Shown here in pieces: positions 16,811 to 25,723 of a stretch of 55,395 nt of DNA. Within the stretch, counting starts at the first letter, position 1. Each line of letters starts with the position of its first letter. Made by a program: the position numbers and the translations under genes. Location of the stretch: positions 1 through 55,395 of the forward strand of contig CAYIBX010000005.1 in assembly GCA_964361785.1 (NCBI GenBank). The letters are read 5' to 3'. Source of the DNA: an uncultured Gammaproteobacteria bacterium. Lineage in GTDB: Bacteria > Patescibacteriota > Microgenomatia > UBA10105 > UBA927. The notes below the pieces were generated by a model. The model worked only from the letters and a program-made list of their open reading frames with translations. It ran no database searches and was not told the origin of the DNA.

Positions 16811-18743
16811 GGGTCACACCAAATGATTGTTTTGCCAGAGTGATGAGTTTATTGCGAATAGGTGTTACATCCTCTGATGTCAGATTTTTTTCTCTATCTT
16901 GATACACAATATGAAGCGTTCGTACGTTTTCATGGACATCGAGAAGGGTTACTGATTGTATCAAAGAATCTGTAGATTTTAATGCCGCCATAAGAGGACC
17001 TATCGCAAACTTTTCCGGCACTATAAATGCCAGATCTTCCATAATGCTTGGATATTTTGGCATGGGAGTATAAGAACGTTTTGCCGAAGCAGTGTTTACT
17101 AAGCGATCGATATATAAATTAAGAATGGTTATGGATTGGTCGTGTATTTCGTTTATAGAGCCATATGTCTCAAGTGTTTCAGGAAATGAAATGCCAAAAA
17201 TATCAAAGATGGCTTGTGCTAATCCTTTTGCTTCCAAAAATTTATGACCTGACCATGCGACGCATAATACTGGTCGTTCTAAAGGCAAGTTTTGTTCTCT
17301 ATATTCATAAATTATACTGAGTTCAAAAAGTTTAAGCGATTCTTTATGGTACATATTTTGTTTTACACTTGATATCACGCTTGGGACTAGAGTCGGACGC
17401 ATATAAACCCACTCGTTGGATAATGGATTTTCGATTTTGTATGCTTTTGTACAATCAAGTTGCCACTGGTCCATCTGTTGTTTGGACAGCATGGAGTATG
17501 TATACGTTTCTGTATATCCCCAATCGCGAAGTCTTACTTTGATTTCTTCTTCCCAATGAAGCGTGGGATTTTCAATCACGACGGGCATTTCACCATCTGG
17601 TAATCTATTTTTGATGGTATGATATCCATAAATACGAGCAACTTCTTCGATGATATCGACATCTATTTCTATATCACGCCGGAAGCTTGGTACGATGACT
17701 TCGATTGTTGAATCTTTAATCGTGGGCATAAGCCCTAAAGATACGAGAATGTCTTTGATTTGTTTGGTTTCAAGTGATGTGCCTAAATATGTGTTTAATT
17801 TTGTTCGAGTACACAAAATCGTAATTGGTTTGTATGGTTTAGGATAGATGTCTGTAATTAAACTCGCGATTTTTCCACCAGCAATTTCTTGTAATAATTC
17901 AATTCCAAGAAGAAGGGCTGGCAATACAAGTTCACTGTCTATCCCCTTTTCAAATAACGATCCGGCATCGGTTCTATGAGAGAGTTTCATCATCGTCTTT
18001 CGGATATGCACAGGTTCATAGTTTTGGGTAAAAAGAACAATCGTTTTTGTATTGTTTGTTATAGAAGAACTCTCACCTCCCATGATGCCGCAAAGATCCA
18101 TAAGTTTGCCGGTTCCATCCTCTATAACGATGTCATCTTCCCACAGAGTGTGTGATTTGCCATCCAGTGTTTTGAGTTTTTCACCTTTCTTGGAGGCGCG
18201 AAGTTTCATCCATGGAATACCGTTTTTTTTACCAATTCGGTCATAATCAAACGCGTGACAAGGTTGTCCAAAAGCTATCATCAGATAGTTTGTCACATCG
18301 ACAATCGTATTTATTGGCCGAACACCAGCTTTGTTTAGAAGATCCTGCAGCCAAATTGGCGAATCAGTCGCGTACACATTGTCTACAATAATACTTGTCC
18401 ATCGTGGGTTAAGATCTGAATTTGTTTCTATGTGAATTTGTTTGATATCTGTTGGCCGTAAATGTTTTGTTTCGAGTTTGGTATCTATCTTATGTGGGTC
18501 ATCAATAAGCTCTGCTTTGATTCCAAAACGCGGTAAGATGACCGATGCCTCACGAGCTATTCCAAACACAGACATGGCGTCAGGCCTGTTGGTGGTAATT
18601 TCTACATCGTAGACAGGATCTAAATCTTTTGATACACGTTCGATAGATGGTCCACAAAGTGATAAATATTTTATTAATTGCTCAGGAGTGGCCTTTGTAA
18701 TCAAAAATTTTTTCAGCCAACTGTCAGGTATTAGGATATTCAT
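16800..18743 (-). CDS. pheT: Phenylalanine--tRNA ligase beta subunit (short form)
   Basis: EITTNRPD, INTIVDVTNY...GQPCHAFD, DIIEEVARIYGY; the B2 OB domain appears absent. Confidence 0.93.
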   Translation of the reverse strand: MNILIPDSWLKKFLITKATPEQLIKYLSLCGPSIERVSKDLDPVYDVEITTNRPDAMSVFGIAREASVILPRFGIKAELIDDPHKIDTKLETKHLRPTDIKQIHIETNSDLNPRWTSIIVDNVYATDSPIWLQDLLNKAGVRPINTIVDVTNYLMIAFGQPCHAFDYDRIGKKNGIPWMKLRASKKGEKLKTLDGKSHTLWEDDIVIEDGTGKLMDLCGIMGGESSSITNNTKTIVLFTQNYEPVHIRKTMMKLSHRTDAGSLFEKGIDSELVLPALLLGIELLQEIAGGKIASLITDIYPKPYKPITILCTRTKLNTYLGTSLETKQIKDILVSLGLMPTIKDSTIEVIVPSFRRDIEIDVDIIEEVARIYGYHTIKNRLPDGEMPVVIENPTLHWEEEIKVRLRDWGYTETYTYSMLSKQQMDQWQLDCTKAYKIENPLSNEWVYMRPTLVPSVISSVKQNMYHKESLKLFELSIIYEYREQNLPLERPVLCVAWSGHKFLEAKGLAQAIFDIFGISFPETLETYGSINEIHDQSITILNLYIDRLVNTASAKRSYTPMPKYPSIMEDLAFIVPEKFAIGPLMAALKSTDSLIQSVTLLDVHENVRTLHIVYQDREKNLTSEDVTPIRNKLITLAKQSFGVTLKG

Positions 18744-18744
18744 A

Positions 18745-19839
18745 TTAAAATTGTTCTAAAAATCGAATGTCATTATTATAAATCAGTCGAATGTCATCAA
18801 TTTTTGTATTGTTTTTCATCATATATGCCCGTTCTACTCCCCATCCAAATGCAAATCCTGAGTATACATTTGGATCTATGCCTCCTGCCTTCAAAACATT
18901 TGGATGCACCATGCCGCTTCCTGCCATTTCTAGCCATCCTGATTTACAGAGTCTACATTTTTGGCCGTTTGGTAACATACTTTTTCCAAGACAAATACCG
19001 CAGTTTATATCTACCTCAAATGATGGTTCAGTAAACTGAAAATGAAAAGGCCGCAACCGAATAGTTCTGTCAGGACCGTAAAATTGTTTTACAAAATAGT
19101 CAAACACACCCTTGAGATGTGAAATAGAGACATCTTTATCAATATAGAGTCCTTCAAATTGATGAAACATTGGGGTATGAGAGACGTCGATTTGTCTTCT
19201 GTAGCACTTGGCAATGTTTATCATACGGATTGGAAGTTTACCTTTCTCCATTTCTCGTACCTGACCGTTAGAGGTGTGAGGTGTCAATACGATTTTGCCT
19301 CGCCTCGCCGAAGCCTTGGCGAAGGAGGGTTTCCCCGGATAATCAATAAAAAACGTTTCCCATTCATCTCTTGCTGGATGATTGGCTGGCATATTGAGTG
19401 ATTCAAATGCATAATAATCCCAATCGACTTCTGGGTGTCGTACGCGTGTAAATCCAATTTTGTTAAATATATCGGTAATTTCCATAATCGCTTGCGTCAC
19501 TATATGCAGGTGCCCCACGGGCGGCAAAATGCCCGGCATCGTGACATCAAACCATGGTGAGTTCTGAGTGCCAAGTTCTGGGTGCCGAGTTTGTACGAGT
19601 GCTTCTTCTATCGCATTTTTTACTTCATTTATCACGACTCCCACGGCTTGCCTATCGGCCGGTGCTATGGATTTCATTTGTTTGGTGAAATTGGCGAAGT
19701 CGCTTTTGGGACCAAGTACTTCTATGCGGAGAAGATCAATCGGTTTATCACTTTCGGCAATTGTCGTTATCGCATCATCTTTGGCAGATAAGAGTGCACC
19801 GATAAGTTGTGATGATGCTGAAGCGATTGTGTCTGTCAT
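18745..19839 (-). CDS. pheS: Phenylalanine--tRNA ligase alpha subunit
   Basis: HPARD, HTPMFHQFEG, FQFTEPS, GFAFGWGVER. Confidence 0.96.
   Translation of the reverse strand: MTDTIASASSQLIGALLSAKDDAITTIAESDKPIDLLRIEVLGPKSDFANFTKQMKSIAPADRQAVGVVINEVKNAIEEALVQTRHPELGTQNSPWFDVTMPGILPPVGHLHIVTQAIMEITDIFNKIGFTRVRHPEVDWDYYAFESLNMPANHPARDEWETFFIDYPGKPSFAKASARRGKIVLTPHTSNGQVREMEKGKLPIRMINIAKCYRRQIDVSHTPMFHQFEGLYIDKDVSISHLKGVFDYFVKQFYGPDRTIRLRPFHFQFTEPSFEVDINCGICLGKSMLPNGQKCRLCKSGWLEMAGSGMVHPNVLKAGGIDPNVYSGFAFGWGVERAYMMKNNTKIDDIRLIYNNDIRFLEQF
19298..19328. repeat. Palindromic insert read in-frame in pheS (PSFAKASARR)
   Basis: GC-rich imperfect hairpin CCTCCTTCGCCAAGGCTTCGGCGAGGCGAGG (minus strand) in the loop between ETFF and VLTPHTS. 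Confidence 0.65.
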
Positions 19840-19878
19840 ATCTTACTCCATTGTAATTTTTTTGTATAATGTTGGCAA

Positions 19879-19912
19879 GAAGAGACCCGCCTGCAGGCAG
19901 ACAGGTCTCTTC
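19879..19912. repeat. Hairpin containing a CCTGTCTGCCTGCAGGCGGG palindromic element; possible terminator
   Basis: GAAGAGACC / GGTCTCTTC 9-bp stem. Confidence 0.5.
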
Positions 19913-19920
19913 ATAATTTT

Positions 19921-20133
19921 CTACCTACTTAGTCTCTGCAATGTTATCTTTTGATTTTGTCTTGCTCGTCGATGATTCCCGCTCCACAATGCAACCTTTT
20001 GTTCGTTAATCATTTGTTGTAATGATGGCCTGAGAGATTCATCAATTGATTGATGAATTTTTCTACCGATTGAAATTAATTCGATTCTGGTTCGGGCCGC
20101 ATTAAGCTTGTCTTTAATGGTCATATTTTTCAT
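19921..20133 (-). CDS. Hypothetical basic protein of about 70 aa
   Basis: ORF with AAGGAG SD, between the Phe attenuator and pheS. Confidence 0.45.
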   Translation of the reverse strand: MKNMTIKDKLNAARTRIELISIGRKIHQSIDESLRPSLQQMINEQKVALWSGNHRRARQNQKITLQRLSR

Positions 20134-20195
20134 CTCCTTTCAAAATATTCCGTTAAGCGGAATTATTGTGATTGGAGATGTTTACTTCATAGCAC

Positions 20196-20219
20196 AAAAA
20201 ATCCCGCTTTTGGCGGGAT
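20196..20219 (-). terminator. Attenuator terminator
   Basis: ATCCCGCCAAAAGCGGGAT followed by a T run on the minus strand. Confidence 0.8.
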
Positions 20220-20264
20220 CTTGGTGCTTATTTTTAAATAGGTTTATGCATCCAAAGATACCCG

Positions 20265-20312
20265 CTAGAGCGAGGTAAAGTTGAATGCAAAAAATTGTAC
20301 TTGGTTTATCAT
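20265..20312 (-). CDS. Phe-rich leader peptide (pheM-like)
   Basis: MINQVQFFAFNFTSL* has 4 Phe in 6 codons and is followed by antiterminator and terminator sequences upstream of pheST. Confidence 0.75.
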   Translation of the reverse strand: MINQVQFFAFNFTSL

Positions 20313-20343
20313 ATTTATATTATTTTATCACTTTATGATTTAT

Positions 20344-20526
20344 TTACAATAGCTTTTTCGAGTCCTTTTGTTTTATAAGATTTGAATGGATTGTTTTCCA
20401 ATTTGTTTTATTTTGAAAACAATGAATACAATACACTGAAGATTGAATTTTAAACCAACCAGATACGCTAATTGTATTTTCGTAGGAAATTTCTTTATGA
20501 CACATGTCACAGAAGTGCTTTGTCAT
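20344..20526 (-). CDS. Small zinc-ribbon hypothetical protein
   Basis: CDMC...CIHC, 60 aa. Confidence 0.55.
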   Translation of the reverse strand: MTKHFCDMCHKEISYENTISVSGWFKIQSSVYCIHCFQNKTNWKTIHSNLIKQKDSKKLL

Positions 20527-20535
20527 GAACTCATC

Positions 20536-20886
20536 TTAATTCACAGTCCTTATTTCGTCAACGACAGCAGTGAAGGCTTCCGGATGCTCCGTCACTAAGT
20601 AGGATAATGATTTTCTATCAAGCTCAATATTGTTTTCTTTGAGTTTGTGGATAAAACCGTTGTAGTTTAAGCCTCGAAGTTTAATAGCCTCACCGATACG
20701 CGTGATCCAAAGTTGACGAAAATTTCTTTTCCGATTTTTGCGACCTGCAAACGCGTATTCTCCTGCATGAAGATGTGCTTCTATAGCGACCGAAATTAAT
20801 CGGCGCTTTGTCATCCGATAGCCTTTGTTGTCTTTAAAAATTTTATTGTGCTTGGCTTTGCTGGTAACGCCTCGTGTAACTCTCAT
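20536..20886 (-). CDS. rplT: 50S ribosomal protein L20
   Basis: MRVTRG, KRNFRQLWITRI, LDRKSL. Confidence 0.96.
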   Translation of the reverse strand: MRVTRGVTSKAKHNKIFKDNKGYRMTKRRLISVAIEAHLHAGEYAFAGRKNRKRNFRQLWITRIGEAIKLRGLNYNGFIHKLKENNIELDRKSLSYLVTEHPEAFTAVVDEIRTVN

Positions 20887-20895
20887 AGAATCTCC

Positions 20896-21096
20896 TTATC
20901 CACTGTATGGCAAAAATGATTTGATATTTTGTACAAAATTTTGGGCTAGTTGTTTGGGATTGTCTTGTCTCCGTTGTCTTACCTTACTTTTTTTGCGGCG
21001 TAAGTGCCGAGACCCCTGTACGCGGTGCATGAGTTTGCCGGTTGGAGTTACCCGAAACCGTTTGGCCACCATTTTTTTTGTTTTCATTTTCGGCAT
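20896..21096 (-). CDS. rpmI: 50S ribosomal protein L35
   Basis: MPKMKT...KRFRVTPTGK. Confidence 0.95.
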   Translation of the reverse strand: MPKMKTKKMVAKRFRVTPTGKLMHRVQGSRHLRRKKSKVRQRRQDNPKQLAQNFVQNIKSFLPYSG

Positions 21097-21126
21097 AGTA
21101 TTGTATACGTAATGTTTTTCTATGAA

Positions 21127-21684
21127 CTATTCACTGGCCTTACTGTTTTCTATCTCCACGTCAGTCTTCTTCTCATGTACCACCATCGCGGCTAAACTTC
21201 TGCCTTCCATGCGTGGTTCTCGTACTAATTTTACGACTCCTAAATCTTTTATAAATCGGTTCAGCACTTCAAATCCGAATTGTTTTCGTCCCAATTCTCG
21301 GCCTTTGTACAGAACAGTAATTTTGACTTGATTCCCATCAGCGAGAAATTCGTTGGCTCTTTTGAGTCTCGTGTCAAAATCATGCTGACCTATGAATGGA
21401 CGCAATCGAATTTCTTTTACCCCGACGTTTTTTTGCGTTTTTTTACTTTCCCGCTCTTTTCTAGCCTCTTGGTACTTAAATTTTTTGTAATCAATAAGTT
21501 TTGCTACCGGCGGCTTCGCGCTTGCGGATATTTCTACCACATCAAGCCCCAGCTCTTTGGCTTTCTGCAGTGCTTCAATTTTTGAAACGATGCCGATTTG
21601 TGCACCTTTATCATCCAGTAGCCGAATCGTCGGACTTTGGATCTGATAATTGATTTTATAAAATTTAAGTTGTTTTCCTTTCAA
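21127..21684 (-). CDS. infC: Translation initiation factor IF-3
   Basis: PPVAKLIDYKKFKY and KEIRLRP; non-ATG (TTG) start overlapping the thrS end. Confidence 0.95.
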   Translation of the reverse strand: MKGKQLKFYKINYQIQSPTIRLLDDKGAQIGIVSKIEALQKAKELGLDVVEISASAKPPVAKLIDYKKFKYQEARKERESKKTQKNVGVKEIRLRPFIGQHDFDTRLKRANEFLADGNQVKITVLYKGRELGRKQFGFEVLNRFIKDLGVVKLVREPRMEGRSLAAMVVHEKKTDVEIENSKASE

Positions 21685-23455
21685 TCTCGTCGGTTAACTT
21701 GGTGATAAATGTACTAAGGGGCATGCCCTTTAGCTCTTCACCACTTCTTGTACGCACAGAAACAGTGTTTGATTCTATTTCCGTATCCCCAATTATAGCC
21801 ATGTATGGCGTCTTTTGCAATGTGTGATATCGTATTTTAGCTCCCATTGGCTCACCTTTCGTATCTGCCTCCGCACGAATTTCTACTTTTTTTAATTCAT
21901 CTACTATTTGTTCTGCCTGCTTATTATGACGTTCGGCAATTGGGATTACAGCTACTTGTAAAGGTGAAAGCCAAAGAGGAAAAGCTCCGGTATAGAATTC
22001 GATAAGAAACGCTATGGTTCGTTCTATGGCTCCAACAGATGATCTATGGATGACGATAGGTTCTTGTTTGACACCGGTTTCGTTGGTGTATTCCAATGCA
22101 AAACGTTTTGGCATGACAAAGTCATATTGGACCGTAAAGGCAGTTTCTTCTTTCCCGTGAATGTTTTTCATTTGCACATCAATTTTCGGTCCATAAAAAG
22201 CTGCTTCGTTTGGTGCTTCATAATATTCTGCATTGCGGTCAATGAGCACCTTTCGTAATACCTGTTCAGCCCTGTCCCATGACGTATCGTCTGGAAAATA
22301 TTTTTTATCATCCTTTCTGTCTCCTAGAGATAGTCTATATCGGTAGTGTGTCCCCTGTTTCAGTCCAAAGGTATTAGATGCAAAATCTATAAGATCCAAA
22401 ACGCCATTGATTTCGTCAGTAGCCTGCTCCTTTGTCGCGATGATATGTGCATCTGCTAGACAGAAACTGCGGACACGCATGAGGCCTGATAGTTCGCCTG
22501 ATTTTTCAAAGCGATACAGTTTTGCTACTTCTGCTATTCGCATTGGTAATTCGCGATAACTCCTCGGTTGACTTCGATAGAGTTCAAAATGATGTGGACA
22601 TGTCATTGGGCGAAGCATGTATTCTTCATCCTCAATGTTAATAGGCGCATACATTGTATCTTTGTAATATGGATAATGACCGCTCGTTTTGTAAAGTGCT
22701 AGATTTGCTATATCTGGGGTGTATACGTGGCTATATCCTCGTTTTATTTCTTCATCGATAATAAATCGTTCTAAAATCCGACGAATAGTTGCTCCTTTTG
22801 CGGTCCAGAGGGGTAATCCTTTGCCAACAAGATCAGAAAAGACAAATAATCCAAGCTCAGTGCCTAGTTTTCGATGATCGCGTTTTTTGGCCTCTTCTTG
22901 CTGCAAGAGATATGTATCGAGTTCTGTTTTTTTCGGGAAGCACGTGCCGTAAATACGCGTCAGCATTTTGTTTTTCTCACTTCCCCGCCAATATGCTCCT
23001 GCAACAGAGAGGAGCTTAAAGTGTTTCAAATCATTATTGGGATGTGGACAATGGCCCCCTCGACAAAGATCCGTGTAGTCGCCAGATTTATAGAGCGTCA
23101 ATGTTTGACCTTCTAAACTAAATTCTTCTATAAGTTCTTTTTTGTACTCATTGTCTTTGAAAAATTTCATTGCTTCAGTTTTATTTGCTTCTATTCGTTC
23201 AAATCCTTTCCAAGACTTCACGAGTTCATGCATTTTTTGTTCAATTTTTTCAAAGTCTGCTTCTGAAACTTTTGTATCACCTCGGCCAGAGGCTGATCGT
23301 CCTTTGGACGAGAAGTCGAAATCATAATAAAAGCCGTGCTCTATTGCCGGCCCAATCGTTCGTTTGGCATCAGGATACAACTCCATTATTGCTGCTGCCA
23401 AAAGATGCGCACAGGAATGGCGAAGACATTCTAATTTTTTGTTATTATCTTCCAT
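21665..23455 (-). CDS. thrS: Threonine--tRNA ligase
   Basis: RHSCAHLLA, DLCRGGH, RDHRKLG, PMTCPHH, AFYGPKID; start 23455 has an AAGGAG SD. Confidence 0.97.
   Translation of the reverse strand: MEDNNKKLECLRHSCAHLLAAAIMELYPDAKRTIGPAIEHGFYYDFDFSSKGRSASGRGDTKVSEADFEKIEQKMHELVKSWKGFERIEANKTEAMKFFKDNEYKKELIEEFSLEGQTLTLYKSGDYTDLCRGGHCPHPNNDLKHFKLLSVAGAYWRGSEKNKMLTRIYGTCFPKKTELDTYLLQQEEAKKRDHRKLGTELGLFVFSDLVGKGLPLWTAKGATIRRILERFIIDEEIKRGYSHVYTPDIANLALYKTSGHYPYYKDTMYAPINIEDEEYMLRPMTCPHHFELYRSQPRSYRELPMRIAEVAKLYRFEKSGELSGLMRVRSFCLADAHIIATKEQATDEINGVLDLIDFASNTFGLKQGTHYRYRLSLGDRKDDKKYFPDDTSWDRAEQVLRKVLIDRNAEYYEAPNEAAFYGPKIDVQMKNIHGKEETAFTVQYDFVMPKRFALEYTNETGVKQEPIVIHRSSVGAIERTIAFLIEFYTGAFPLWLSPLQVAVIPIAERHNKQAEQIVDELKKVEIRAEADTKGEPMGAKIRYHTLQKTPYMAIIGDTEIESNTVSVRTRSGEELKGMPLSTFITKLTDEIERKTT
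23282..23311. repeat. 30-nt double-hairpin element read in-frame in thrS (SSKGRSASGR)
   Basis: TCGGCC-AGA-GGCTGA TCGTCC-TTT-GGACGA; near-identical copy at 49597-49626. Confidence 0.85.
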
Positions 23456-23471
23456 AAGTCTCCTTTGCAAT

Positions 23472-23610
23472 AAAAAAGTCACCCGTTCTTGTTGGAGCCC
23501 TTCAATTTCTCTAAAGGACGGTTCCATCCAACTTTGGTGACTTACTTTTCTATACTTCGCAATAGTGGCGCTCAGCTTTAGAGTTGGTTAGTCCCTATAC
23601 AAACGTTGAG
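23472..23610 (-). promoter_or_regulatory. Atypical compact Thr T-box leader
   Basis: TTGGATGGAACCGTCC T-box-like bulge with complementary GGGCTCCAAC; short 5' stem-loop whose loop ACTAACCAA holds Thr codons; U tract; TTGACA promoter at 23644-23649. Confidence 0.65.
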
Positions 23611-23645
23611 ATTAAAATTATTTTATAGTCAGTGTGGTATATCTG

Positions 23646-23852
23646 TCAAGCAAAAGACGGAAAACCACCCACATTCTTTTCGAGCTGATCAAGTCGTTTT
23701 TCGTGCAGGTTTAAAAGTGGAATAACATTATCTTGCATATAATCGGCAATATTATTGACTATTTCTTTTTTAAGTCTTTTTTCCATCGTCCCTAAATCCT
23801 CTTTTGTGGCGAATACCGCTTTTAATTTTTTAATATCTGCATCGGTAATCAT
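23646..23852 (-). CDS. Small coiled-coil hypothetical protein
   Basis: MITDADIKKLKAVFATKEDL, an ATKxD-type small protein. Confidence 0.6.
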   Translation of the reverse strand: MITDADIKKLKAVFATKEDLGTMEKRLKKEIVNNIADYMQDNVIPLLNLHEKRLDQLEKNVGGFPSFA

Positions 23853-23932
23853 GATAATGAGTGTAGCTTTCGAAAAATAATTTGTCAACTTCCCTCTTTC
23901 ACTTTTCTTTTCCACATCGGGATTCGTTGGAA

Positions 23933-24454
23933 TTATTTTTTTGGAATGCGGAAGGCGTAGATATGGTTGATTTCGTCTTTATCAACGATTTTCCAGTTGG
24001 GGAATATAAAGCTGTTGGAGACGATCAAAGTCCCTACTTTTAATTCAGACGATAGTTTTTTGGCCAGCTCCTCCATTCGCCACGGTAATAGATAGATAAA
24101 TACGACATCAGCATCTGAAATTCGTGCTTTCCAAAGATTGGTCCAAGAGACTGAAACAGAGCCCCTGTAATGGCCAAATAACGCCCTCAATTGGGTGAGG
24201 AGCACTAAGTAGGGATTGATCTCAAAACCAGTAGCACTTGCTCCTTGTTTGGCTGCTAAAAAGAGAAGTCTCCCGTCCCCGCTCCCTAAGTCTATTACTC
24301 TGGTGTCTTTTTTAAGTTTTGAAAGCCGTATCATCGCTTCTGCTGCTCTTTTATTGGATGGGACATACGGTGCGCCTGATACAAATGCTAGGCAAAGGAA
24401 GAAAAATAAACTTGCAAAGAGAAGCTGAATACCAATAAAATAAATCCCTGACAT
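23933..24454 (-). CDS. Membrane-anchored class I SAM-dependent methyltransferase
   Basis: GAPYVPS, DLGSGDGR, GFEINP, DVVFIYL. Confidence 0.85.
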   Translation of the reverse strand: MSGIYFIGIQLLFASLFFFLCLAFVSGAPYVPSNKRAAEAMIRLSKLKKDTRVIDLGSGDGRLLFLAAKQGASATGFEINPYLVLLTQLRALFGHYRGSVSVSWTNLWKARISDADVVFIYLLPWRMEELAKKLSSELKVGTLIVSNSFIFPNWKIVDKDEINHIYAFRIPKK

Positions 24455-24464
24455 GATTATTACA

Positions 24465-25022
24465 TTATACTGATTTTTTGGGGAGAGAAGAAACAGTGTT
24501 TGGATCCACAATCGCTGTGACGACAAACCGTTTGGAGTCAAAAAATCCTGTACAGGTGTAAATTGTCAGTCTTATGTCATTGGTGTTTTGTTGGACATGC
24601 GTCTCGTTTGCGGAAACTACATTGATAAACGCGACAGTAAATCTGGTGATCTTGTTGCCTTGCTCGACAACGATCAAATCTCCTGTTTTTATTTTTGGCA
24701 AATCGCCAAGTAGGTTTGGCCAATTATGTCCGTACATCACACTGTTTCCGATGGTACCAGGAAGAGGGGTCGACGCTAAATATGACACGCCATCGTTGGT
24801 TGTTTGAAATTGATTGTTTGTAAACTGAGAAGGAATAATAGGCAATTTTACTCCAATGGATGGGATGCGGATACTTGTGGGATATATTGCGTGTGTAGCA
24901 CTACTTTCTGACAGAAGTGGACGAGGTGCATAGCGCTGCCACACTAATATGCTAGAAAGTATAAGAAATACAAATCCAGAAGCTATAAGAATGCCATTTA
25001 TACTTCTATTTAGGCCTTCCAT
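24465..25022 (-). CDS. Sortase
   Basis: N-terminal TM, IRIPSIG, GNSVMYGH, LTIYTC, RFVV (His/Cys/Arg triad). Confidence 0.88.
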   Translation of the reverse strand: MEGLNRSINGILIASGFVFLILSSILVWQRYAPRPLLSESSATHAIYPTSIRIPSIGVKLPIIPSQFTNNQFQTTNDGVSYLASTPLPGTIGNSVMYGHNWPNLLGDLPKIKTGDLIVVEQGNKITRFTVAFINVVSANETHVQQNTNDIRLTIYTCTGFFDSKRFVVTAIVDPNTVSSLPKKSV

Positions 25023-25645
25023 GAGGCAAGACTCCTTCGAATTCCTAAAATGAGCAAAGAGAGCGCCAAGAAGAATGTACCGGCGATTACCGGCATATTA
25101 CCAGTAGTTGCTAGCCCCAGTACTTGTCCTGTGGATGCGCCGAGAATTTCTCCTCCACCAATTCCTCCACGTCCATCACTTCTTCCGTCACTTCTTCCGT
25201 CACTTCTGCCATCCCCTGGCCCCCCTGTATTTGTCGTTGTTGATAAACAGCTATAGGTAGAATTGCTAGCAACGTACGGATCTTCCTCTAGGCCCCAAAG
25301 GCTACCTGTAGGCACATAAAACCATCCTTCTTTTTTCAGTGTATTCACTTGATCCTCAGAAAGAGAAAAAGCATTCCACCAATTGGTTTGTATGCCATTG
25401 CCATCTGTCGAACAAAAACACTGTGTCAATGTATCTTGACTTAATGTGTACACAGCGTCACGGCCAGTGTATGTTTCTGTACTCCCTACGATACCATGCG
25501 TTCCTTCTGAGTAAGATACTTTGATATCACCCTGAGGACTAGTACAAACAGGAAAACTTGGGATAGTTACTGCATGCACGGGGTTACCTGTAGCAAATAA
25601 CAGAGTGAGGATAAGTACGCCAGTCCAAAAAGTATTTTTCATCAT
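25010..25645 (-). CDS. Secreted protein with a sortase-type C-terminal sorting signal
   Basis: Signal peptide, (DGRS)n linker, VLGLATTG followed by TM and RR tail; overlaps the sortase gene. Confidence 0.7.
   Translation of the reverse strand: MMKNTFWTGVLILTLLFATGNPVHAVTIPSFPVCTSPQGDIKVSYSEGTHGIVGSTETYTGRDAVYTLSQDTLTQCFCSTDGNGIQTNWWNAFSLSEDQVNTLKKEGWFYVPTGSLWGLEEDPYVASNSTYSCLSTTTNTGGPGDGRSDGRSDGRSDGRGGIGGGEILGASTGQVLGLATTGNMPVIAGTFFLALSLLILGIRRSLASWKA
25173..25212. repeat. 12-bp coding tandem repeat, about 3 copies (DGRS)
   Basis: CCGTCACTTCTT repeated. Confidence 0.7.
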
Positions 25646-25723
25646 AAAAATAGGTGTTCGACAGAACAAAAAGTTATAGGATGAAATATACCACAACTAT
25701 GGGTTGTTATGCAAGTAGAGAGT

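Noticed and set aside
16800-18743. Short PheT, TGS-less ThrRS and PPIase-less trigger factor as pseudogenes
   Set aside because: The ORFs are uninterrupted with clean domain losses, consistent with genome streamlining
23456-23527. N-terminal extension of ThrRS in the ORF track
   Set aside because: It overlaps the T-box leader; the ATG at 23455 has a proper SD
25173-25212. 12-bp tandem repeat as a phase-variation switch
   Set aside because: The unit is a multiple of 3 and encodes a flexible DGRS linker
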